Translations under genes and position numbers: made by a program
Source: Hyphochytrium catenoides
Lineage: Eukaryota; Protista; Hyphochytriomycota
Direction: 5' to 3'
Assembly (NCBI GenBank): GCA_900088475.1
Contig: FLMG01000116.1
Span: forward strand, 1-64,000
DNA length: 64,000 bases
Shown: piece after piece, positions 51,465-63,075 of the stretch
How the letters are laid out: each line of letters begins with the position of its first letter
Numbering within the stretch: position 1 is the stretch's first letter
The notes under the pieces: generated by a model
Seen by the model: only the letters and a program-made list of their open reading frames with translations
Databases searched by the model: none
Told to the model about the DNA's origin: nothing

Positions 51465-53194
51465 ATGGCCAGGAACGAGGTGAAACGGCTCATTGGCTGG
51501 GCAGCGGCTTCGAGGGTACTCATCTTGGTTCTAACTGCACTCAGCCAAGTTCTCATTCCGCCTTACGACCAATCTAATCGAGTCCAAGGTCAGGACCACG
51601 TGACGAGCCACGCTTATGACAAAGTTCTTTTCTGAATATCTTTTGAGTCAGGGTCACATCTACTGGGAGGGTTTGCAAACTGGGACGGCGTCTATTTCAC
51701 TCGAATAGCCAGTGCTGGCTATGAGTACGAACAGTTTCACGCATTTTATCCTATGCTACCTATCTGCATCAACATGACCCGGTGAGAGAGCCTTTTAGGT
51801 CGGTTCACCAAGCATTGGCCTAACCTGTTAGTCCTGAAGCCGTTTGCTTACGGCAGCTATGGTTGGATGTCACATGAGCTATGAAGATCTGACGTTGCTC
51901 GCAGGATTCATGATAAGGTGACCCTTAGAAAGCGGCGGTCAGAAAAGGAATACCCCTAAGCTAATTTTCCCTCATAGCAACGGCTCGTTCGTGGGTTCTA
52001 CGGTCCTGTTATATCTCCTGACGGAGTCACTCTTCCACTGCAGAAAGCTAGCCTTTGCAGCGAGTTTGCTCTTTATTCTATCGCCTGCGGGTATATTCAT
52101 GAGCGCTATATACTCGGAGAGGTTAGGTGACGTCTCGTGCTGGAGCGACAAGCTTCTTCCCGACTGACAGCGTGACTGCAGTCTGTTCACGGTCGCATCA
52201 TTCTTAGGCTTTTATTTAGTTGAGCAGTCGGGAAATTCCCGTAACCCAGAACGTCTACTTCTATGTGCAGCTGTGGTTTTTGGAATGGCATCACTGGCAA
52301 GATCCAATGGCGTATTACTATCATGTACGTCTTTCATGGGCTTGGTGAGGAATGAGACCACTGACTCAGCTTCTTAGTGTTCATTCTTGCTCATCAGCTC
52401 CCTCGCTCGCCCTTACCTTGGGAGGGACCTACCCATCTCCTCTACTTCCTGCGGCATTGGTTGGTGACATTGTGCTTGGGAATAATAGCAGTTCTTCCAG
52501 GATTCATGTTCCAGCTCTACGGCTATCTGCTCTACTGCACTGGATCCCATCTAGCAGAGTAAGTATGATGTGTATTGAGATAAAGTAAGCACCATAGCTA
52601 AATGGCAGACGTAGGCCGCGGCCCTGGTGTCAGAACTTGCTTCCAAGCATTTACAACCACGTCCAGACAGAGTATTGGAAGGTGGGCTTCATGAGGTATT
52701 GGACGATTAAGCAGGTAGAATTGGGCAGGTAGAGCTTGAAGTTGTAGAGGCTAACCGTTTTGCGATTCAGGTTCCCAATTTTCTTTTAGCGGCGCCAATT
52801 TTATCTATTACCGCGAGCTGCATGTGCAAAATCTTGCTATCGCACCAACTAGTTGGCTGCACTGATAAGGTCCCTAGGACCACCTTCACAAAGAGAGGGT
52901 TTGCCTACTTTCTCCACTGGGCATTCTTGTCTATTGTCGCAGTAACCACTATTCATGTGCAGGTAAGTTGAGCTTTGCACACTAAGCGGGGCTTAGATGA
53001 CTTGACCAAACAGCTCCTTGCAGGTGGCGACTAGGTTACTTTCGTCTTGTCCTGCCCTGTACTGGTACCTAGGCTCCTGGTTTATAAAACCTTATCGCGT
53101 CGGCGGCATATATCGTTACCTCTACTTAGCTTATTGCGGCATCTACTTCGTCGTTGGGACTACACTGTTCACCTCGTTCTACCCTTGGACGTAG
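51465..53194 (+). CDS. PIGV: GPI mannosyltransferase 2 (PIG-V/Gpi18), many short introns
   Basis: Spliced: GFANWDGVYFTRIASAGYEYEQFHAFYP…SPAGIFMSAIYSESLF…LARSNG…RPWC…YNHVQTEYWKVGFMRYWTIKQ|VPNFLLAAP…HVQ|VATRL…FYPWT*. Confidence 0.93.
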
Positions 53195-54034
53195 ATAACC
53201 CAACCGAGCGCGCGGAACTGTTTCTCTCAAAATCACTTCCATGAAGCCTCATTGTGAATAATATGAAGAGTTCCTGCAATTCCTCATGTTTGTTAGGAGA
53301 TAACAGGGGGAGCAGAAGCTGTCAGCGCAGTGAGAACATGATGATGTCTCTCTTCATTTACAAAGAGAAATGGACATGATACTGTAGTTTTTCTAATTCC
53401 TAGTTCTACTTGACAATTCCTAGTACCGGATAGTCGTACTTCTCTATGTTCTGAGTGCTAGCCTAGAAGGAGACTCCGATTTACCGCTACTCTTACACTA
53501 GAGACTTCTACTCCCCGCTGTGTTTAGACCATTTGCCGACGGTTGCGCTGTAGCGGATTCCCCTTAGTGCCTCCTACCCACCTAGCTGGCATTCTAAATA
53601 GTTAATGGTAGTGGGACGATATTCACAAGGGTTAGTAGCTTAGTTACGAATATCGCCGACCAATTCCCATCCATCCTCCGTAGTGACAACAGTGTCGTGA
53701 TGGAAGGCTGCTCACCCTAGTAGTGAGACGATGTTCATGGCCAAAGTGTTTGACATTACTTGGGGGGAAGCCCCTTGGACACCTCCCAGATCGCTGGGAG
53801 CCACCCCTCAGTGGTAACTAGCGGAGGAGCCGCTGATCAAAGCGAATCCAGAGACAGCTTCCTCGTTCGCAGGCCATTGCTCTAGAATGGCTCTTTATGA
53901 AGCTTTGATCACCACGTTCCTGGGTGTGCACTTTCGATACCTGGTGAAGATCCGTCAGTCCTTCTGCCGCTCAAAACGAGATCGCAGAGCTCGCGCTTGA
54001 GCATTTGACTCTGTTATAGACCTTCGTAAGAAAG

Positions 54035-55531
54035 ATGTTGTCCCTACTCAAGAGATGCTCCGGTTTGCCTGTCCGTCAAGTGGTAAGCTGTTCTCGAATA
54101 CACTAAAACGCGTTAGTGTTGGTCTTAATAACGTGTCTACGATGTTGCCAGGGTCTAAGGTCCGCGCGTGCCTTCAGTGCAGGCGGAAAGGAGGTAAGGA
54201 CCCCGTCATCTTGCTATACTTCTACCTTGATGATATTTGTGTCATACCGTCATTTGTAGATGACCGTCAGAGATGCCCTGAATAGTGCTCTGGATGAAGA
54301 AATGGAGAGAGACGAAAGTGTCTTCTTAATGGGTACGTTCGTCCTTAAACTACTTGTCATAACGATCCGATGAACTAAGTCTTCCATGGGAACTCTTACA
54401 CCAGGTGAGGAAGTAGCTCAATATCAAGGTGCATATAAGGTACACACAGTGACTTTCCACTGAACGGCAGTGGGTATTGACTCTTGGCGAACCTCAGATC
54501 AGCAAAGGTCTCTATCAGAAGTATGGCGAAAAGAGAGTGATTGATACTCCCATCACCGAAATGGGCTTTGCTGGACTAGCGACTGGTGCAGCCTACAAGG
54601 GGTGCAAGCCCGTTCTGGAGTTCATGACCTTCAACTTCGCGATGCAGGGCATCGACCACATTCTCAACTCTGCCGCCAAGCAGCTTTACATGTCTGCAGG
54701 AGATATTCCTGTGCCTATCGTCTTCAGAGGCCCAAATGGGGCCGCTGCTGGTGTCGGTACGTCAATCCCTATGCAACTCAAGAGTCACTCAGTTGGTTGA
54801 TAGCCTTTGTCTTCTTCCTGGTGTTCTCAACGGACAGCCGCGCAGCATTCCCAGTGTTATGCAGCTTGGTATGGTCACTGCCCTGGACTTAAGGTAGTAG
54901 CACCTTACAGTGCTGAAGATGCAAGAGGACTACTCAAGGCTGCCATTCGCGACCCCAACCCTGTTATATTCCTAGAGAACGAGCTTCTCTATGGTATCTC
55001 CTTCCCTGTGACGGATGAGGTTCTCAGTAAAGACTTTGTCTTACCTTTTGGCAAGGCCAAGACCGAAAAGGCTGGCAGCGACGTCTCTATCATTACTTTC
55101 TCCCGAGGTGTACAGCACGCACTCAAGGCTGCGGAGAAACTCGCCGAGGAGGGAGTCGACGCTGAAGTGATTAACCTACGCTCAATCAGGCCGATGGACC
55201 GTGAGGCCATTATCGAGACTACCAAAAAGACCCATCGGGTTGTCACTGTAGAAGAAGGATGGCCGCAGCATGGCATTGGGGCGGAAATTGCGGCAGTAAT
55301 AATGGAGAGTAAGTTCCAATTTTTAAGTTCAGACTAGTCAGTTCCTATGTTCTCCACTGACTTCGTGCTCCTCCGGCAGCTGATGCCTTCGACTACCTTG
55401 ATGCGCCAGTGGAAAGAGTGACTGGAACGGATATCCCAATGCCTTATGCCATCAATCTGGAGCGTGCCGCTCTCCCTCAAGTTGACGACATCGTAAATGC
55501 AGCTAGGAGAACTGTGTACAGGAAGCTTTGA
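54035..55531 (+). CDS. PDHB: Pyruvate dehydrogenase E1 beta subunit, mitochondrial
   Basis: [14 protein letters not shown]…[12 protein letters not shown]…[11 protein letters not shown]…[10 protein letters not shown]…[17 protein letters not shown]…[13 protein letters not shown]. Confidence 0.97.
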
Positions 55532-55586
55532 GCATCAGGAAAGCTCAAGCTCTCTTATTTAACGCTGTTAATGAAGGCCTTTGCCA

Positions 55587-56008
55587 CTAGTAGCTCAGGC
55601 GGTCACTGAAACTTGATGGCCATGCTTCCCCGTCCACTGTACAGACTCCGCCTTTGCAATAGTTGTCCTGAAGCGTGGTTCGTGGATCTGTGAACTCACA
55701 TCCACCACCATCACATGTTGGAAAGCGACATTCAACGAATGTGCACCCTCCACCTAGTCCAGAGATGCTTCAGTGAATGACAATGAACATAGGCTTAAAA
55801 GTACTAGGAACTGACCTGAACATGATGGTGATTCGCAGTTGTAGAATGTACACCTTCCTCCTCTGCAGCTTACCGGCCTTGTACATGCTCGATAGATGCA
55901 TCTGCCTTTGTCACAGTCCTTGTCACAATCTGTCTCTCTGCCATCAACCATATAGAAGGACACCATGAACATAATCAGGAGAAGGTGCAGGGACTGTGGT
56001 CTGGCCAT
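55587..56008 (-). CDS. Small secreted cysteine-repeat protein, 2 exons, about 119 aa
   Basis: Signal peptide, then CDKGRCIYRAC-TRPVS-CRGGRCTFYNC-ESPS-CSGGGCTFVEC-RFPT-CDGGGCEF…CKGGVC; the phase-1 intron keeps the repeat register. Confidence 0.8.
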
Positions 56009-56783
56009 GGTCCTCAGCTTTCGGGCACCACACTTGTCCATCCACTGGTGAGCCCCTGTAAGAAGGATAAGGCTTCGAACAAGGGGTGACGGTGGCAGGT
56101 GGCAAGTAAGCTATGTGGAAATTGGTTATGAGGCCGAGCAAAGGGCCAGACAACTACTTGTACAGTGTGACTCACGATGTAGAGCTCAGTGTGGGCTCGT
56201 CAATCACGAGTTTGGTTTCCATAATAAACAGATGACAGCCTCACTTACAATCAGTACAAACCCATAAATGACTCTTCAAAGATCAAACGAGTACTCAGTA
56301 CTTACGGCATGGCGAAGGAGATGATAAAGGATGTAGATGTTATCTGAGAGCTGAGAGTGTCCTGCAGACTACAATCCAACATCAGCACCAAGTGTTTGTT
56401 CAGGACAAGTATTGTACCGATTACTGTACACAGTGACACAGCACCATTATTATCGTGGATCTCCTTTCGCTCTATCCCTGATCAACGAGGCTCTATGTTC
56501 TACACTGTACTGTACATGAAATTGACGTTTGGGCCATGATCTCTTGTTCGTAGTAGAAGCTATGAACTGAAGGCATCATGACAGGAAGTTTTTGGGCCAA
56601 GGTGTGCATTTGAAGCTTCTGAAGTCCCAGAAAGGCTGTTCGCCGTTGAGCTCGTCGCCGCTATACTCTATTTTACATTTTGCCTATTATAAGCCGTAGA
56701 GAAGTTGTTTTCCATAAATACTGTGGGTAAGGCTTATATAAATAGAAAGTATAGTAATGGAAAGAAATGGTATCGAGCGTTGC

Positions 56784-58901
56784 CTACAGTGATAGGCGAT
56801 ATTTCACAATAACGTCTGCTTCAGCCTCAAGCGGCGGGTAATCTCGCCATTCCAGTTTCTCCTCCTCACCGTCACTCATGCCATAAATCTCTTGAAGCCT
56901 CGTTGGATTTATGCTGACAGTCGGTATGCTTTTGATCAGGCTGCGATCCAACCCTGCCAACCCGGTCTCCTTCCATGGAGCATGGGCAATCTGGTTGTCA
57001 GGCCCAGTAGGGATAGGTGGGTAGTACTGTAGAGTGGGAGGGGCTGTGACCTCGGTTAAGCCGTTAAGCCCTCTTCGGCGTGGAGGGATCCTAAGCCGAT
57101 CGATGATAAAGCGTCCTCCTCTCCCCATCCGACCACGGCTGCCGACACGAGAGCGGTTAGTTTGTGAAGGATCTCCACTTTTGACAGGGAAAGCCTATTC
57201 TTACCACACAAAGGATGGGCTCAAGCCAACATGCGATGCAGTAAAGGGAGCTGACTCCAGATCTAGCTCTATAGGGACTGTGTCACATGGTACCATAGTG
57301 CTGACCACACAAAGCTCACTAATATTGCCATCATAGTCCATGAATGATGGCTGGATAGCGTTTGGAGTCCCGGTTAGATTGCCCCCCGGCGCCGGAGAAG
57401 GGCCACCTTTCAGCCCAGCATCTGGACCACTTCCAGTGAAGGCAGGAACAGGCTGGGGCACCTTGCTTAGGTCCACTCCTGCGGTTTTTACTTTGCTCAT
57501 TTCTCCTTCTCCTTCATCGTCGACCCCTTGGCCGTCTTTCCTTTCCTTTTTGTGCTTCTTGTGCTTCCTCTTGAGTTTTTTTAGTAGCCTCTCTTCCTCG
57601 CTAGCCTTAGGGATTTTAAGCCGCAGTTTGAAGTCTTCCCTCTGCAGACGGCATCACCAATCAGTAAACTTGCCTAAGAGGAGTAGGAAGCTCACCTTAC
57701 CAGTTCCGACTTTCTGGGCTTCCCAGAGGTGTTAACCAGGTCATAAATAGATTGTTCAAATACTTCTCCGACGTAGTCAAGAGCAAGTCGCTTCATACTT
57801 TCTCGCCTCTTGATCAAGGCTAGCAACTCTCGAGAACGTTCAAAGTCGCCTCGCAATGTAAGAAGTTTTCGGTATGACTCCATATCATTTTTCCGATGCT
57901 TCCGCAGCTTGTAGCGCTCCTACATTGACCAGGGATGTTACGCGTACGAAGGCTGACAAGTAAAGACCAGATCACATGACCAACCTTTTCTCTCGGTCTA
58001 AAGACATGGTGTGGATTAGTATCATTCAGCGCAGTTTGCGGCCAGAACCTTCGCAATAACGGCTTTTTGAGTCTTAACGTCTTGGCCAGCCAGTAGTTGA
58101 ACACATCCTCTGTCACTCTATTAACTGCAGTCTTCCGTATCCCAAGTTTCAAGTTGAATATCTCCTCAGCTTCTGACTGCAACCAGGTAGGTATGGTAAG
58201 AAGACAAAATATCGATACACCGGGACTATTACGAGCTGGGCGATAATGAAACCAGGGAAAGCATAGGAGAAGAGAACGAGCTGCATTATTGCGCTACCGG
58301 GAAGAGGATGAGGTTTTGAACTTACAAGCTTCAACGTAGGTGGGTGGTTCTTTCCATTGGCCTTCTCTAAAAGATCTATCATTCTCTCGAAGGTAGCCTG
58401 GTCCAGTTGATAACGCGGATCACCATCTTCTCCGTACTTGGGGTGACCCCGTAGCCATTCCTAGATTCACTGGGTTAGTGACTGTCACACCAGTCAAAGA
58501 CAATAATATGGACCTGACCTCATCGTCGTAATCCAGGTCATACTCCACTTCATCTTCATCTCCAGCTACTCTTTTCTTCAGTCTTATGTAGCTGACCGGC
58601 GGCTGGTAGTTGTTGGGGTGCTCCTTGTCATAAGTTGACACTGTGTTCACGATTGGCGTTGGAATGTCCACACGCTTCCTCGCCCTCGGTTGAGCTTCGA
58701 CGATCTGTCGGGAAAGATTAGCTAGTAGTTAGGAGCTGGGAGCGCAACAGATAGATAACTTACGCCCGCGATGTCATCCAGCTTGGCGACCCTTTGCACG
58801 ACTCCAGCTTCATCTGTAAAGGTGAGATCCTCCGCAGAACGCACGACATTTAGCTTCTTGTAAACATCAATTGGCCTGGGCCTGAAGCTTTGACGCCTCA
58901 T
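56784..58901 (-). CDS. EPC: Enhancer of polycomb-like (NuA4 subunit Epl1)
   Basis: MRRQSFRPRPIDV…IPTP…VEYDLDYDDE…FERMIDLLEK…YWLAKT…DTNPHHVFRPRE…KLLTLRGDFERSRELLALIKRRESMK…GRMGRGGRFIIDR. Confidence 0.93.
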
Positions 58902-60080
58902 TGTGGCAGACCCAGGACAGACGCAGTTTCCTACAGCCAAGCTGGATTGCCGTTGATTGGTAGAAGTTGCTCAAGAACGTCTCATGAGTTAAAGAAGGTT
59001 TCAAAAGCAGCTAATAGCGACAACATGAGGTTTCCGTGATATTTATCCCCACCCTGGTGGTGGTCACCACCTGAGTTCGTCTTCAGGGACTTGACGAGGT
59101 CCAATTCAAGCCTCTCTAGCCTTCGAGCAATTACTCTCTTTGCTTAGGGATATTAGTACAGTGTGCCAGACAAAGGAACAACTCCGGACCCGGCAGTTGG
59201 AGCTCATGTCAGGAGGCCCTTTCCTCAGGATGCAGCTGCCTGCTTCCTGATGTTACCTCAATGCATTGGTCTCCCAAACAGCAGAGAAAGTGTATTTGGA
59301 GGTATCCCTTGAGTACTGTCGGGTAGAAGTAAAGGCGATACTCTCACCCTTGCTGCGAACGAGCGTAATTCTTCAGATAGAGATTGATTCCAAAGATTTC
59401 TGGCTTCGGGACCTCCGACGACTTGTAAAGATTAGAAAAACACTATTTCGCTTATGCTGGAATATACCTCACCGTGTAAATGGTGATTTTTCAAAGTCTT
59501 CTCAAGCCAAATGGCGTTTAATCGTTCCAAAACAGCCACCCCCTTCCCACACCCACAATCCATGTGTCACGCAATAACTTTAGACCCTAGAACAGTGATA
59601 AAGGGTGAGGCTGGGTGGGCCATCACATGCGGGATTTGAGATTTGACATTTGTCTGCCAGAACTGATAATCAAACCTGTCGTTAATGAGTTACTGGTATG
59701 TTAGTAAGCAATCTTTGATTTTCGCGGTGGCGCGGTGGCGCCAATTTTCAGATTATTGATGAGAATGCGAACTGCTAAAGAAGGTTACGACGTGAAAGTC
59801 GAATTAACTTGACCATTATACAGCACATAGTTCGCTTCTTTGGCATTGATAGCTTGACAGAGCCCTCAAACTTGTCAGCCATTGAAGCGTTTGTCTCTAT
59901 ATAATGCTTAGATGAAGAAGCGTGGCTCTCCCATGGGATGGGGGCCGAAGCTCTAGGTTGCTCTAGGCACAATGTCTAACTCAAACTGTGGCTTACTTCC
60001 AGCGGATACAAAATGAACCCAGCAGGCAATCCGGCTACAATCCACTAAACGTTGGCACTGTGGCTCTAAAAGAAAGGAGC

Positions 60081-63059
60081 ATGGCACAACGTAAGGGAAG
60101 GGGAAAGGCGTCACATTCAAAGACAAAGCCCCCAATAACTTCTGGAGAAACGGAAAACTCCAACCAGTCAGTGCAACTGCCTTTGAACGGAGTAGTGGCA
60201 GTGGTAGATGTACGTCGCACGCTCAATCGCGCTCAGGATTTAGTCTATGCGTGGGTGGTGACTGAGTTATTTCAGGTCCATCTCGAACCTGGCATTGAAG
60301 CAGCTGGAGCGATAAAGTCGAAGATGCTCGTCCTTGGGGCAAGGTAAAGGGATGCTCTTTATGCATAAGAATATGTACCTTTTCTTTACCCAGATGGATA
60401 TGTCTAATCAGGGTTGAGCCAAAATTATCCAACAATACCACGCATCTTGTGTGGGCCAAGGGAAGCCAACACACGTTAAATTCTGCTCTTAGCAAGAATA
60501 TTGCAGTGGTCAACCCACTCTGGGTTCAGACCTCAGAGATGGGCAGGGCAGATGAGGCGAGCTACTTTCCAAACGTTGGGACAGCGACCTATGTCAAGAG
60601 AAAAAGACCTTCAATGGAGCCTGGCGACAAGGATTGTCGAGAGCCCACTGATCCTTTCTACTCCTCCTCCCAGCGAGACTTTAATGATGGACCTTCTAAC
60701 ACAAACCACTCCAAGTTGAAGAGAGCGAAGAAGGGAGACCCATCACCCACCACCCTACCCTTGCTCGATCGGACGAACTTAAGTGACGGCAATAAAGGCT
60801 ACAAGGTAACTACTTCCATAACAAGCTGATTCTTGAATCTAATAAGACGCCACATTGGTTGCTTCGCAGGAACTGGAGAGCAGTGACGCTGAGAGCAGGA
60901 CCACAAAGCAAATGGACGAAGCTAAGTCAGGTCAATTGGCGTATCCGAGAACGTACTTTCGAGACGGTGCTAACGTTAGGTGCAGATGGTACATCCCACA
61001 ATTCTTTTCTAGCTGTTTCGTCAGAGGCCTCCACTGAGATGCAGGTAGGCGTGCGTATCTTGGCCTGAATGGCATTGTTTTTAACTGGAATGGCCAGGGT
61101 GTCAGCGGTTCTAGAACAAGCGCGAATGGATGGGCTTGTTCAACGTGTACTTTTGAAAACCAAAGAAGCTCTCGGAAATGCAGATTATGTGGCACTCCAC
61201 GGGAAACTCTAACATTGAAAGAGGCCCTTCCATCGCGAGAGACGTCTACTAGAAGAGCAAGGACAGCTGGTGATAAGGTGACCGAGAACAGCGTGACGTT
61301 GATAATCCAGTCTGGCTCTTCCGGAAGCACCCAGAAAGAACACGCCGAAGTTTTTCTAGATACAACCAATTATATAAAGGGGAAAAGGACTAAGGATGGT
61401 AGAGTTCAGAAGAAGGGGGACAAACGACGGGAGACAGTTCCTGGACCGGGGGATGATGAAAAGCAGTTGCATAGCAGCAAGCCTCCCCAATCAGATATCG
61501 TGCAGGCAAAAGAGTTAATCAGCCCCAGCGACCCACAACTAGTCTCATATGCGCTCGATTCCCATTGCAAGCCGCTCGAGAGGCCAGGTAAGGCTAGGGC
61601 GAGGCGGATCAAAATGACGCATTCACGTGGTAAAGCTGCGATGATTGAGAATCCAACGAATGAGGCAGAAGCAAACTCTAGGCTTCAGTCTGAGAATCCG
61701 GATGAACAGGCTGACCAGGACAAGTCACCTGAAAGTATCACCAGCGATGCCTCTAGCACTAGGCAGAAGACAATCGACGTTGGATCGACGTCGAGCGTTA
61801 CTACACATAAGGACGCAAGCCTTGCAAGGAATACTGTTCCATCGACCGTCACAGAGAAGGTGAATTTCAGCATCGGTGAATCGAACAAATCACATCCCGC
61901 TACCCGGGCCAACTCTACCAAACGTCGGGTTACAAAAGGGCCTAGCCCGCCTAGCAATCATATGTTGGAAGTTGCTGCTGCCAAGGCTACTGGTCCTGAC
62001 AATAAGAAGGATGGAGCTTCTGACTGCATTGAAGTCCATGGCCGTACAAAGCTAACAGCAGCTAGCAACACATCCCTAATGAAGGGGACTTCTACCAAAG
62101 CTAGACAACCGAACACTGGAACTCCAATAACGACTTTCAGCAAAAGCAAAAATGATTCCAAGGCAAAGGGCAAGCGAGGCCCTCAGGAAGTATCAGGCGG
62201 CACTGTCGTTCAAGGGACACAGATACCTCAGCCTGGTGGACCATTAGTGACAGTCGCGATCTCGGCGCTAGATGGAGAGGAAAGATCTTCGCTAGAAGCC
62301 ACTATGGAAACCCTGATGAACCGCGACTGCCGGCGTATTAGGTATCTGGCAGCGAATGCGAAGCCCTATGAAGGCTTCACGCATCTAGTATATGGCACCC
62401 CAAATAGCCGGACCTTGAAGCTTCTTTTCGCCTTGGCAAAGGGTGCAAAGGTGGTAAAGCCATCCTGGATTTATGCTTCTCTAGATGCCGAGAATCTAGT
62501 AGCAGAGGAGAGCCATCTCATGGATGAGTTCATTGGCAGAGACGGATGCTCTGCACTTTTGCAGGACTACTGCGTTTGCATCATAGCTGCGGTGGATCCT
62601 AGTATGAAGATCTTGACGAGATTAGTTAAAGCAGCGGGGGGTAAGGTGAGTGCTGATTGCCTAGTGTCTCGCTGTCCTGTTTCACTGAGTTGAGTCCCAT
62701 GAGGTGGTCCGTAATGTCAAGCTAGCGAATGTCATTATTTCGGGCAAGAGGCTGCTCAGAGCTGCTTCTGTTACCAGCGTGAAGCAAGAGGTAAAGTACA
62801 CTAGTGTTCTAGTGCGCCGTAGAGGAGGAGTAGTCAGGGTAGCGGATGAAGCGTGAGGAGAGAAGACGAGGTCGCAGTAGGGAAGAGAGCTTGCTTGAGT
62901 GAGAGAAGACGAAAATATACTGGTAATGGCCGTCGCATTGCAGCTGACAAAATTGCTTTCGCTCGTTCCTTGTAGTGGCTCTTCGACAGCATCCAGAGAG
63001 GCGTGGTACAACCCTTAGAGCAATATGCGTGGCATTCAGTAAAGAATAAAAGGTCTTAA
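60081..63059 (+). CDS. MCPH1: Microcephalin-like BRCT protein (N-terminal BRCT, RanBP2-type zinc finger, C-terminal tandem BRCT)
   Basis: PLNGVVAVVDV…LGARV…TTHLVW…VVNPLWV…ADEASY followed by KRKRPSMEP; C-terminal FTHLV…RTLKLLFALAKG…SWIYASL…LVKAAGGKV…EWLFDSIQ…PLEQY. Start codon uncertain. Confidence 0.8.
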
Positions 63060-63075
63060 CTAAGCCTACGTCCCT

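Noticed and set aside
53700-54030. RNase MRP/P RNA or TPP riboswitch
   Set aside because: Partial look-alike motifs (GGGAAGCCCC, AGAGA, TAGTTA) exist, but there is no complementary P4 partner and no CUGAGA/ACCUGA TPP core. Kept only as a generic structured-RNA candidate.
59720-59745. SRP/Alu-like GCGCGGTGGCGC motif
   Set aside because: No following UGUNR motif or SRP helix 8.
6713-63059. Functional gene cluster (chromatin/mitosis: Borealin, SNF2, EPC, MCPH1; mitochondria: STOML2, ATAD3, PDHB)
   Set aside because: Genes are interspersed with unrelated ones and these categories are common; no synteny evidence is available.
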